Origin: Smithellaceae bacterium
GTDB taxonomy: Bacteria; Desulfobacterota; Syntrophia; Syntrophales; Smithellaceae
Reading direction: 5' to 3'
Length of the DNA: 64,000 nucleotides
NCBI GenBank assembly: GCA_963667845.2
Contig: CAXXVL010000002.1
Span: 928,001-992,000, forward strand
Numbering within the stretch: the stretch's first letter is position 1; each line of letters starts with the position of its first letter. Below, in pieces: positions 10,559 through 20,255 of the stretch. Below the pieces are notes generated by a model, which worked only from the letters and a program-made list of their open reading frames with translations, did not search any database and was not told where the DNA came from. The position numbers and the translations under genes are program-made.

Positions 10559-11899
10559 TTACTCCTCCTGAATTTGATCCACACGCGCCCGAATAACGCC
10601 TCCGGCCAATTGAACACTGACCCTTTCGTCCAAAGTCAACGCTCCGGCCCGGCGGATAATTTCGCCATTCGAGAACCGGCGCGTGATGCTGTAACCGCGC
10701 TCAAGGACGCCAAGAGGACTTAAGGAAGAAAGCAGCGCTCCGTTTTTATTGAGACGTTCTTCGAGATTCCGGACATAGCCTGTCCAGCCGCTCATCAGTT
10801 CTTTTTCCAGACGAGTGAGTAGAAGTCTTTGTTCCCTGACCTGCCTTAACGGATTTTGATTTTGCAGGCCCTTCTCCAAATGGTTTACTTTGCTTTGCCA
10901 TATCTGCGTCCTGTGAGTGAGAGCTCGTTGAATCCGGTCGCGCAGGTCATCCACGTGAATTGAAAAATCAACCAGAAAACGGCGCGGATCCTTGAATCTT
11001 TTCCGCAGGGACAGCAGTTGCCCGTTCTTGGCCGTGAGGAGCCGGCGCTGGGCGGCGATCAGCCGCCGGCGCAGCGCTGCAAGACTTTCTTCCAGATCGG
11101 CCCTTTTCGGAACCGCCAGTTCCGCTGCGGTTGAAGGCGTCGGTGCGCGCAGGTCCGCCACAAAATCGCAAATGGTGTAATCGGTTTCGTGACCGACGGC
11201 CGAAATGATGGGAATGGATGAATGAAAGATTTCTCTGGCCAGCACTTCGTCATTAAACGGGGCAAGGTCCTCCAGGGAGCCGCCGCCTCTGGCGATGATG
11301 ATCATATCGACCTTGCCGTAAGCTTGCAGGTTGCGCAGGGATGAAATGATTTCGCCCGCCGCCTCGGCGCCCTGAACTCGCGCCGGTGCGATTAATATGT
11401 TCACGGAAGGAAATCGCCGGCGGGTGATGTTCAAAATATCCCGAATGACCGCACCTGTTGGAGATGTGATGACGCCAATGCGTTCGGGAAGAAACGGCAG
11501 TTTTCTTTTGTGAATCTCATCAAACAGTCCTTCCCGGGACAGTTGGAGTTTCAATTGCTCAAAAGCTCTCTGCAGCGCTCCCACCCCCCGAGGTTCGACG
11601 GACTCCACGATGAGTTGATATTCGCCGCGAGGCGGGTAAGCGCTGAGCCGCGCCCGACACAGAATCTTCATGCCATCTTCCAGATCAAACTTCGCCGCGC
11701 GGCCGCCCCCGTATCCGTACTGACGAAAATATACCGACCGAATCTGGCTTTTGTCGTCTTTCAAAGTAAAGTAGACATGGCCGGATTGCGGGCGGCGTAA
11801 ATTGGAAACTTCTCCTTCGACCCAGAGTAAACCGAAGGCTTCCTCCAGGAAAGCTTTAATATTGTCATTTAGTTGTGAAACAGTTAGAATGTCTTTCAT
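10559..11899 (-). CDS. xseA: Exodeoxyribonuclease VII large subunit
   Basis: LTVSQLN, WVEGEVSN, SGHVYFTLKD, RGGGSLEDL, SAVGHETD, RAPTPS; likely start MKDILTV (11899). Confidence 0.96.
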   Translation of the reverse strand: MKDILTVSQLNDNIKAFLEEAFGLLWVEGEVSNLRRPQSGHVYFTLKDDKSQIRSVYFRQYGYGGGRAAKFDLEDGMKILCRARLSAYPPRGEYQLIVESVEPRGVGALQRAFEQLKLQLSREGLFDEIHKRKLPFLPERIGVITSPTGAVIRDILNITRRRFPSVNILIAPARVQGAEAAGEIISSLRNLQAYGKVDMIIIARGGGSLEDLAPFNDEVLAREIFHSSIPIISAVGHETDYTICDFVADLRAPTPSTAAELAVPKRADLEESLAALRRRLIAAQRRLLTAKNGQLLSLRKRFKDPRRFLVDFSIHVDDLRDRIQRALTHRTQIWQSKVNHLEKGLQNQNPLRQVREQRLLLTRLEKELMSGWTGYVRNLEERLNKNGALLSSLSPLGVLERGYSITRRFSNGEIIRRAGALTLDERVSVQLAGGVIRARVDQIQEE

Positions 11900-12186
11900 C
11901 TGCTGCAATGAACTACCAGATATTGGCAGGTATGACAAGTTTCAATTCCCGATTGTTCATGGAGCCCTGGCGAGCCATTACCGGCAGGGAAGCAATTTAT
12001 ATCCCGCGCTTCCGAGAGGCGTTATGGCCATGCGGGAAATCAAAGACCCCCGAATATTCTGCTGCCGGTAGCCCGAGCGGTCACGACCCTGAGTATCTTA
12101 AATTCGAACTACCGGCTTTGATTTAAGAATTTCTGTTTGCCTGACAGGAATGGCTGTGTTAATAATTTTCCAGAAGGGGTGACAGT

Positions 12187-13545
12187 ATGTCCGACAAATA
12201 TGATCTCATTGTTATTGGTGGTGGGCCGGGAGGGCTGGCCGCGGCGGAAATGGCCGCAGCTAAGAATAAACGAGTTCTCATCATTGAAAAAGACGGCTGG
12301 GGCGGTACGTGTACCCATCGCGGCTGCATCCCCACCAAGGCACTGCTTGCGTGCAGCAAATTTTATACGGATCTAAAAAAGCTCAAACGCATCGGTGTTA
12401 ACGTTAACGATGTTTCTTTTGATTTTGCAGCTATGAAAAAACACCGGGAGCAGATTGTTAAAATCGCAGCCCTGGGTGCGCAAAAAGCACTGGCCGACGC
12501 GCATGTCGAAACAAAACTGGGTACGGGCGAAATAGTCTCGCCCGGGGAAGTACGATTCATGGATTCGTCCGGACAAAATCACCAACTGACGACCGGCAGC
12601 ATCCTGATCGCCTGGGGATCAGAACCCCTTATTCTGAAGGATATCCAGACTGCGGAACGGATTCTTACGTCGGACGATATTCTCGGCATGACAACGCTGC
12701 CCACAAGCATGATCATTGTCGGCGGCAGTTTTATCGGCGTTGAATACGCCACAGTATTTGCCGAACTCGGCGTCAAGGTCATTCTGGTCGAACTGCTGGA
12801 TCGCATTTTACCCCAGGAAGATAACGAAGCCGCGGCTTTTCTCAATCAGGAGCTGGCTCGTTTGGGTATCGCTCTTCACACGCAAACCGCGCTCGTGAGC
12901 CTCAAGGAATCGTCGGGTGGCGTCGTGATGCAAGTCCGGAAAAACGACGAAACAATGGAAATGCGTGCCGGATGCGCTCTGCTGTGCACAGGCCGCAAAC
13001 CGTTTCTGCTGAGAGACCAGTTGAATAGACTGGGAATTGATTACACAACTGCCGGAATCAAAATCGGGGCGGACATGCAGACAAATGTGCGGGGCGTTTA
13101 TGCTGCAGGCGATGTGACCGGCGGCATGATGCTGGCGCACCGTGCGTCCCGGCAGGCCAGAGTTGCAGTAGAAAACCTATACGGCGGCAGTGAATATGAG
13201 TACAACGAAAATGCCATACCATCCGTCGTTTACAGTCATCCGCAGATTGCCCGTGTCGGTTATACGCAAAAGCGTGCGGAAAGTGAAGGCTTTAAAATAG
13301 AGGTTGTCAAATCCCAATACAGCGCCAATATCATTGCCCGCGCCGAATTGATGGGACAGGGCTTTGTCAAGGCCGTCTTCCACGAAGACAAGATCATCGG
13401 CGCGGTCATCGTCGGCGATCATGCCGCCGACCTTATTTCACCGCTCGCCCTCGCCGTATCCAATAAGATGACCCGAAAGCAGCTTCACACCTGGGTAATC
13501 CCGCACCCGACACTCAGTGAAATTTTTTCATCGTTTAACGGGTGA
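12187..13545 (+). CDS. lpdA: Dihydrolipoamide dehydrogenase-family flavoprotein
   Basis: GGGPGG FAD motif, redox-active GGTCTHRGCIPTK, YAAGDV, LAHRA, C-terminal HPTLSE. Confidence 0.85.
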   Translation: MSDKYDLIVIGGGPGGLAAAEMAAAKNKRVLIIEKDGWGGTCTHRGCIPTKALLACSKFYTDLKKLKRIGVNVNDVSFDFAAMKKHREQIVKIAALGAQKALADAHVETKLGTGEIVSPGEVRFMDSSGQNHQLTTGSILIAWGSEPLILKDIQTAERILTSDDILGMTTLPTSMIIVGGSFIGVEYATVFAELGVKVILVELLDRILPQEDNEAAAFLNQELARLGIALHTQTALVSLKESSGGVVMQVRKNDETMEMRAGCALLCTGRKPFLLRDQLNRLGIDYTTAGIKIGADMQTNVRGVYAAGDVTGGMMLAHRASRQARVAVENLYGGSEYEYNENAIPSVVYSHPQIARVGYTQKRAESEGFKIEVVKSQYSANIIARAELMGQGFVKAVFHEDKIIGAVIVGDHAADLISPLALAVSNKMTRKQLHTWVIPHPTLSEIFSSFNG

Positions 13546-13571
13546 TCGCAAAGGATCAATGGCTCAGTTAC

Positions 13572-13607
13572 AAACGCCCCGGAGTTCGGCGAACTACGGG
13601 GCGTTTT
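13572..13607. terminator. Bidirectional intrinsic terminator between convergent genes
   Basis: AAACGCCCCG-GAGTTCG/CGAACTA-CGGGGCGTTTT hairpin. Confidence 0.7.
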
Positions 13608-13650
13608 AATTCGGGGCTCTTGAAAAAGAGAGCGGGGGTTCCGATGCGAT

Positions 13651-14520
13651 TTATTTCTTGTAGCTGTACCAGCCTTCTCCGGTCTTTTGACCAAACTTGC
13701 CCTCCGTCACTTTTTTTACGACGCTCGGCACGGGAAGGTCCGCCGCATTACCGGACTCATAGAAGTGGCTCATCCCGACATCGTAAGTCAGATCGATACC
13801 CGTCAAATCCATCAGCCGGAACGGTCCCATCGGATGACCGGCCCCATAGACACAAGCCTTGTCGATATCCTCAAAAGAGGCCACGCCCATTTCCAGCATC
13901 CAGAGCGCTTCTTTGGAAATCACCTTGAAAATGCGGTTCAAAACAAAACCGTCTACTTCCTTCTTTATATGGATGGGGATTTTGTCAATTTTCAGACAGA
14001 AATCCATCATGCACTTTGCCGTTTCATCCGAGACATGGGGTCCCTGGACGACTTCGACCAGCTTCATGACCAGAGCCGGATTGAAGAAGTGAAGGTTGCA
14101 GACCTGAGAGGGGCGCAAGGTGGCGTCCGCAATCCGGGAGCTGATGATAAAGGAACTGTTGGTTGCCAGAATGGCTTTGGCCGGCGCATACTTATCCAGG
14201 TCGGCAAAGATCTTACGCTTCAGGTCGATTCTTTCCAGAACGGCTTCAATAACCACATCGGCATCCTTCACTGCCTCTTTCAAATCGCCTGTAAATGAGA
14301 TCAGACTCCAGACCTTCTTTGCCTGTTCTTCCGTCAATTTCCCCTTCTGGACACGGCCCGGCAGGTAGCCTTCGACAAACTTCTGGGCTTTTTCCAGAAC
14401 GGCCGGTACGACGTCCGTACTGACGGTCTTAAACCCGGAAAGAGCGCACTGAAGTGCAATTTGATGGCCCATATTGCCGGCGCCAACGACACAAACATTT
14501 TTCACATCTTCAATTTTCAT
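13651..14520 (-). CDS. 3-hydroxyacyl-CoA (3-hydroxybutyryl-CoA) dehydrogenase
   Basis: VVGAGNMG, VIEAVLE, ATNSS, LHFFNPALVMKLVEVV, GHPMGPF..MDLTGID. Confidence 0.93.
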   Translation of the reverse strand: MKIEDVKNVCVVGAGNMGHQIALQCALSGFKTVSTDVVPAVLEKAQKFVEGYLPGRVQKGKLTEEQAKKVWSLISFTGDLKEAVKDADVVIEAVLERIDLKRKIFADLDKYAPAKAILATNSSFIISSRIADATLRPSQVCNLHFFNPALVMKLVEVVQGPHVSDETAKCMMDFCLKIDKIPIHIKKEVDGFVLNRIFKVISKEALWMLEMGVASFEDIDKACVYGAGHPMGPFRLMDLTGIDLTYDVGMSHFYESGNAADLPVPSVVKKVTEGKFGQKTGEGWYSYKK

Positions 14521-14721
14521 GTTTCATCCTCACTTTCGTTCATTAATTATCTTATACGTCAGACAGCGATGCTTTCCGAATTCTACAATTTCCAACATCG
14601 TTCGTTGTATGAATTATTTTGCCGGAGGTGTTTTGTCAAGTCATATTTTGAATTTACATTTGACAGGCCGAATACTTCTGTTGTAGAGACATCATAATTC
14701 TGAAAGGATGGTTGCCAATCC

Positions 14722-15348
14722 ATGAGAAAAACCGTAACCCCCGGCGGGGAGGCTAAACCCAGGCGCAATAATGATCTGTTTCAAAAAAGACAGATGCAAA
14801 TCATCAGAAAAGCGACAAAGCTTTTCGTGAAAAAGGGCTACGCTCAGACATCCATGCGGGAAATTTCCAAAGCGACCGGCATCGATATCCGGAACTTATA
14901 TTATTTTATCAAAAGCAAAGACGAAATTCTTTTTCTGGTGATGGAAATGATTCATCAGCGCGAAATTGAACTTTTTGAGAAGCAGGGTATCATGGACATT
15001 GATGATCCCGTTTCGCAGCTAAGAGCCGTTATTCAAGGATTAATCGATAACGGGTATGGCTATGGAGAAGAAATCCTGCTCTTATACCGGGAATCCAAAT
15101 CACTCTCGAAGCGTCTGCTTAAGATCATCTTGGCCAGGGAAAGTCAGGTTGTCGCCCAGATAGAAGAAATCCTGAAGAAAGGCATCGGCAGAGAAGTCTT
15201 TCATTTTACAGACGCTTCTTTTACCGCCAATATGATCGTTTACGAATTGTCGGTACATGCACTGCGTAAATGGAATTTGAAAGACTATTCAAAAGACGAA
15301 CTCATCAACCTGATCGAAGAGCATGTCATGAAAGCGGTCATGGGTTGA
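14722..15348 (+). CDS. TetR/AcrR family regulator
   Basis: N-terminal HTH: LFVKKGYAQTSMREIS.ATGI....LYYF.KSKDEIL. Confidence 0.92.
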   Translation: MRKTVTPGGEAKPRRNNDLFQKRQMQIIRKATKLFVKKGYAQTSMREISKATGIDIRNLYYFIKSKDEILFLVMEMIHQREIELFEKQGIMDIDDPVSQLRAVIQGLIDNGYGYGEEILLLYRESKSLSKRLLKIILARESQVVAQIEEILKKGIGREVFHFTDASFTANMIVYELSVHALRKWNLKDYSKDELINLIEEHVMKAVMG

Positions 15349-15384
15349 TTTCTTTTTCTCTGCGGTGGCAAGGGTAAGAAAATA

Positions 15385-15414
15385 AAAAAGGCGGTCGAAA
15401 TCGACCGCCTTTTT
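15385..15414 (+). terminator. Intrinsic terminator
   Basis: AAAAAGGCGGTCGA-AA-TCGACCGCCTTTTT perfect hairpin with T tail. Confidence 0.85.
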
Positions 15415-15708
15415 GTTATCACTGTGCGCGGGTTTCGTTATAGAATTCCGGCGCGACAATACGGCAATCGGGAGGGAAACGACGAGGTGAATGGCGTGTC
15501 CATCTTCATTTCCATGCCACGATACCCTTGAAAAGTCCTATCCTGGGCAAGAAACTTCGAAGACAGGCAAAACAGCAAATAGCGCTTTACGTGCTGCGGA
15601 AATTTGAGACTCGCTTCCTAAAAAAAGTGCTTGACAGAGCAATGCCTTCCATTTAATACAACCAGCGCTCGTTGTATCGCGCCGAATCCACACTGCAGGA
15701 GAAATTCT

Positions 15709-16584
15709 ATGACCATGAAGACAAGTAAAATCATCGTATCGAGGGGAACTTTCAACGTCCGCGACCGCGGAAACAAAGATGCACTGCCCGTCGTCATGCT
15801 GCATGGATGGCCGGAAAGTTCGTATTGCTGGGAGGGTGTGACCGCGTGGCTTGATCCGAATCTACGCGTTGTTGCTCCGGATTTACGGGGTCTGGGTGAC
15901 AGCGAACGCACACTGGACGTCAAGGCCTATCAGAAAGTCGAATTGGCCAAAGATATGATTGAGGTCATCGATGCCCTCGGTATCAAAGAATTCTTCCTGG
16001 TCGGCCACGACTGGGGCGGCATCGTGGCTCAGGAACTGGCTTTTCTCATTCCCGATCGCGTGAAAAGACTTGTCATTCTGAATATTCCCATCCTCACCAA
16101 TATCAAGGGGGCGGAGGAAGTGGCAAAGGCCATGATCGCCATGAGATTCATGCCTTACTGGTATCAATATTTTCAGATGATGCCGGGGTTGCCCGAAGTC
16201 ATGATCAAGGGCAACGAACGTGCCTGGGTCAGCTTCTTCTTCGGCAAGAAAGGCCAGGACGGCACGATTCCCGCGGAAGCCGTTGCCGAATACATCCGTT
16301 GCTATAGTATTGAAAATACGCCGGCCACCGCCGCTTCGTTTTATCGTTCCATGGTCCTTGACGCTCCACATTGGGCGACACTCCCCGGAAAGAGGTTTAC
16401 CATGCCGTCGCTTTATATTTACGGAAACGAGGATACGGTGATTGTCCCGGCCAACATTACCCACCTGGAGGATTGCTTTGATTCGATTAAAGTTGAACAG
16501 GTCAAGGCGGCACACTTTCTTCAAGAAGAGAAACCTCAAGAAGTCGCTAATTTAATGAACAGTTTTTTCAAGGAGAATCAATAA
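15709..16584 (+). CDS. Alpha/beta hydrolase (epoxide hydrolase/dehalogenase-like)
   Basis: LHGWPE, PDLRGLG.S, nucleophile GHDWGG, HFLQEE.P; RBS AGGAG before ATG 15709. Confidence 0.88.
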   Translation: MTMKTSKIIVSRGTFNVRDRGNKDALPVVMLHGWPESSYCWEGVTAWLDPNLRVVAPDLRGLGDSERTLDVKAYQKVELAKDMIEVIDALGIKEFFLVGHDWGGIVAQELAFLIPDRVKRLVILNIPILTNIKGAEEVAKAMIAMRFMPYWYQYFQMMPGLPEVMIKGNERAWVSFFFGKKGQDGTIPAEAVAEYIRCYSIENTPATAASFYRSMVLDAPHWATLPGKRFTMPSLYIYGNEDTVIVPANITHLEDCFDSIKVEQVKAAHFLQEEKPQEVANLMNSFFKENQ

Positions 16585-16964
16585 TGTCCGGCATTAAAAG
16601 CAACGATGATCAATTTCAGGCATTAGCTGATAACGCGAACGAAGAACCCTTCGTCATGCTCAACCTTCTGAAGTTTAAAAAGGACGGTGGCCGCGAAGCT
16701 TATTTCCGTTACATCAAGGAATCGGGTCCTTTCGTCGCAGCGGTCGGCGCCAAGGTGATATATTTTGGAAAACCAAAAGAATTGCTCCAGGGGGAGGAAG
16801 ACTGGGATCTCCTGATGCTTGTCCAATATCCGTCACGCAAGGCGTTCCAGACAATGACCCATAACCCCGACTATCTCAGGGTTCATGAATTCCGTGCCGA
16901 AGGCGTCGAACGAGCCGTTCTCTATGCGACAGATCCTGTAAAATTCAAGGATATTCTTAAGTAG
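16584..16964 (+). CDS. DUF1330-like dimeric alpha/beta barrel protein
   Basis: PFVMLNLLKFK...G.EAY.RY, WD...LVQYPSR.AF; coupled by TAATG overlap. Confidence 0.75.
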   Translation: MSGIKSNDDQFQALADNANEEPFVMLNLLKFKKDGGREAYFRYIKESGPFVAAVGAKVIYFGKPKELLQGEEDWDLLMLVQYPSRKAFQTMTHNPDYLRVHEFRAEGVERAVLYATDPVKFKDILK

Positions 16965-17057
16965 CGGATTACAGGCGACATCGGATCAGGATAAAAAACG
17001 TAGTCCCCGAATTTCTTGAAGCGGGATACTACATATCTTACACACCGAGGTGAAATT

Positions 17058-18865
17058 ATGACGAAAGAAGCAGACATTAATTCCGTGTATGACAGCCCGA
17101 ACAATCTGGTCGACTTATTCGAACAGAGCGTGGCCAAGTGGCCGAACAACCGGCTTTTCGGCACCAAGAATCCGGCGTCCGGAAAGTATGAGTGGATAAC
17201 ACGCAGGGAGGTAGCCGGCAGGGTTGCAATCTGCGGGGCGCTTTGAAGAAGCTCGGGCTTTCCCAGAGAGAGAGAGTCGGAGTGATTCTCAACAACTGCT
17301 CGGAATGGTTTATTTTGGAGCAGGCAGTTCACGGACTGGGAGGTGTTTTTGTTCCCATGTATCTGCAGGAGCTTCCGAAAGTCATGCAATATATCATTAC
17401 CGACGCCGAGGTTAAGTTCCTGTTTGCCCAGGACGGCAAGACGTATGACAAAGTCAAGGATTTCAAAAATAGTATTCCCACGTTGAAAGAAATATTTGTC
17501 GTTTTCGGTAAGGGTGAGAATTCCCTCTCAGCCCTGGAGGAAATGGGCAAGAAAAATCCCGCACCTTCGATTAAACCCGCCTGGTCGGATCTGGCCAATA
17601 TCGTCTATACATCGGGCACCACCGGCGATCCGAAGGGTGTCATGCTTTCTCACGGTACTCTGACGCTGTGCCCACGCGCCGGTGTGGAGATGTTTGATCT
17701 GGATGAAACCATGCATGTGGTGGCGATTCTTCCCTGGGCTCACGTCTTTGGCTTGGCCGCCGACCTCCATGATTACGTTCTTTGCGGCGGCGGTATTGCT
17801 TTTGCCGAATCCGTGGACAAACTGATTCAGAATTTTGCGGAAGTCAAACCCACTGGGCTCTCCGTGGTCCCCCGCATCGTCAACAAAGTCTATGATACCA
17901 TTCAGCAGGGAGTTGCCGCCGATCCGGTCAAAAAGCAGTTTTTTGATGCAGCCGTTGCCGAGGCAATCAAAAACAGAGATCTTCCCGAGAAAACAAAAGA
18001 ATTCAAAGATTATGATGCGCTGGTTTTCTCTCAGGTGCGCAATATTTTCGGCGGCGCTCTGAAATTCTTCGTCACCGGCAGCGCGCTCATGAAACCGGAA
18101 ATCGCCCTCTTCTTTAAAGACATCGGCCAGCCGACGTTCGACGGTTACGGACTCACGGAAACCGGTCCCACGCTGACCATGAACTCGCCCAAGTACGGCA
18201 ATAAATACGGAACCGTCGGCAAAGTCGTGAAAAATATGCACGTCGTGATCGACAAATCACGTGTAGGCGAAGAAAGCCTGGATGGTGAAATCATTGCTTA
18301 TGGTCCGCATATCATGATGGGCTACCTCAATAAACCGCAGCAGACGGCGGAAGTCATGATGCCGGACAAATGGAACGGCTTCCCGGGCATCCGCACCGGT
18401 GACCGCGGCTGGATTGACGAGGAAGGTTATTTGCATATCACCGGACGCTTCAAGGATGAATATAAACTGGCCAACGGCAAGTATGTTCATCCGGAAGGCA
18501 TTGAAAATGAATTGAAGCTTTTGAGATATGTTCTCAATGTGATGTTGTATGGCGACGGCAAAGACTACAATGTGGCTCTTGTTGTTCCCGACTTTGCCGC
18601 CCTGCAGGCCGATCCGAACATCAAACCGCTTTTAAAAGGCACCCTGGAAGAATCGCTGAACCAGAAGGCGTTAACGGATTATCTGTCCAAAGATATTATC
18701 ACGCATCTGCGAAAAACTTACGGCAGCTATGAAGTGCCGCAGAAGTTCCTTTTCGTCGCGGAAGACTTCACAGTGGACAGCGGTATGCTGACCCAGACGA
18801 TGAAGCTAAAGCGTCCGCTCGTCATGAAGAAATATGGGGAGCAAATGCAGAATCTCTATAAGTAA
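17058..18865 (+). pseudogene. Long-chain acyl-CoA synthetase (FadD15-like) with a single frameshift near 17227
   Basis: N-terminus MTKEADINS..NLVDLFEQSV...YEWIT in one frame (stop 17246); remainder in another frame with YTSGTTGDPKG, GYGLTET, RTGDRG, ITGRFK. GTT GC AAT CTG suggests a lost base in R-V-(D)-N-L. Could be a sequencing error. Confidence 0.8.
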
Positions 18866-18900
18866 GAGAAGCAAAAAACGTTTGCGTTTCTAAAACCGTC

Positions 18901-18936
18901 AAAGGGCGCTGTGAGGCATAGACAGCGCCCTTTTTT
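18901..18936 (+). terminator. Intrinsic terminator
   Basis: AAAGGGCGCTGT-loop-ACAGCGCCCTTTTTT. Confidence 0.8.
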
Positions 18937-19044
18937 GTCAAAATATGCCAGTCGACCCATATAGGTGACATGACTGAATGATTCGTCTGCTCATCTCCCG
19001 GGCTCCTGCCAGCGACTGTGATCGACTATCCCGGTCCAAATGGG

Positions 19045-19236
19045 CTACTTCGACGGTTTGAGGCGGTTATCCATTCCTGTGAAACCGCATTCCGGTTGAT
19101 AGCACGTGACGTTGAGAAACTCACATTTCTGTTTGCAGACGGGGCAGGTTTGCGGGGGGACCAGTTCGACAACCGTATTGCCGCAATTGCTGCACTTCCA
19201 GGTATTTTCGGGAAGCCCTGTTTTGTTTTCCGGCAT
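19045..19236 (-). CDS. Small rubredoxin-like protein
   Basis: WKCSNCG...PPQTCPVC plus extra C..C.....C; RBS AGGAG upstream. Confidence 0.8.
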   Translation of the reverse strand: MPENKTGLPENTWKCSNCGNTVVELVPPQTCPVCKQKCEFLNVTCYQPECGFTGMDNRLKPSK

Positions 19237-19380
19237 GGCTTGTTCTCCTTAACCGATGTAATAATTAAATCTATCATAGAGAGCGCTTGGAATGCGATAC
19301 TTTTCCACCGGCGGAATATTCTTGAAATTACCATGCGCTTCCGGTAAACGAAAATAAGAATTCTTTTGGAGCATAAAGAC

Positions 19381-19809
19381 ATGGGATCAAAAAAAGCCGA
19401 CAATGATTTCAATCAACTCACGCTTCTGGGATCGGGCGAGAGAGCCAAGCCTGTCCGCAGGCTTGAAACTTTTCCCAATCGTGCCCGGCGCGACTATACG
19501 GTTACGTTGTCCACTGATGAATTTACCTGTGTCTGTCCAATGACCGGACAGCCGGATTTTGCCAAGATCACCATCCAGTATATTCCGGACAAGAAGATCG
19601 TCGAATCGAAATCGTTGAAACTCTATTTCTGGTCATTTCGCAATGAAGGCGTTTTTCACGAGCATGTTACCAACATCATCCTCGACGATCTGAAGGCTGC
19701 GCTTCGGCCCCGCTGGTGCAAAGTAACCGCTCAGTTCGCCGTCCGCGGCGGCATTGCCATTACTGTGGATGCGGAATATCGACAAAATAAGAAAAGCCAA
19801 AAGAAGTAA
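19381..19809 (+). CDS. queF: NADPH-dependent preQ0 reductase (type 1)
   Basis: EFTCVCPMTGQPDFA, QueF motif VESKSLKLY, FRNEGVFHE, RGGI. Confidence 0.95.
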   Translation: MGSKKADNDFNQLTLLGSGERAKPVRRLETFPNRARRDYTVTLSTDEFTCVCPMTGQPDFAKITIQYIPDKKIVESKSLKLYFWSFRNEGVFHEHVTNIILDDLKAALRPRWCKVTAQFAVRGGIAITVDAEYRQNKKSQKK

Positions 19810-20150
19810 ATTCCGCCGCAGCCATGCCGGCCAGATAAGACGGCAAGATCGACTTTTCGTTTTTAGCTCGAGTTTCGTTCTTACACGATATCGGTCGATA
19901 TCGATAACACTACTTATCACATTAAGAATCTCATGTGCTGATGTCGGATCCGGCAACTACCGCTTGTCCATAACGCTGTTGCAGAGTTCGACTGCCGAAA
20001 TATTGATTATTAAAGACGAAAGTTTGAATCAAATCGGTGTGCTGAACTTGTGCAAGACCAGCCATTCGATTTCAGCGAGGGATCTATTACTAGTTTCTGT
20101 TCTGAGCAAATGAAGCCCGCTCGTCGAGGATCTATTGCAGCATAATTCCT

Positions 20151-20179
20151 TTGACACGTGAGACCATTATTCGTATACT
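20151..20179 (+). promoter_or_regulatory. sigma70 promoter of carB
   Basis: TTGACA, 17 nt, TATACT. Confidence 0.7.
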
Positions 20180-20255
20180 CCCGCGACATATTCGTTCTTT
20201 CTGATCTACAATAATGTGTTCAAAATAAATCCACAGTGAAACTGAGAGGTTAAGT

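Noticed and set aside
11940..12130. 6S RNA, cobalamin riboswitch or HDV-like ribozyme
   Set aside because: Stems are present but the conserved sequence elements and topology of these families could not be matched; kept only as an unnamed structured region.
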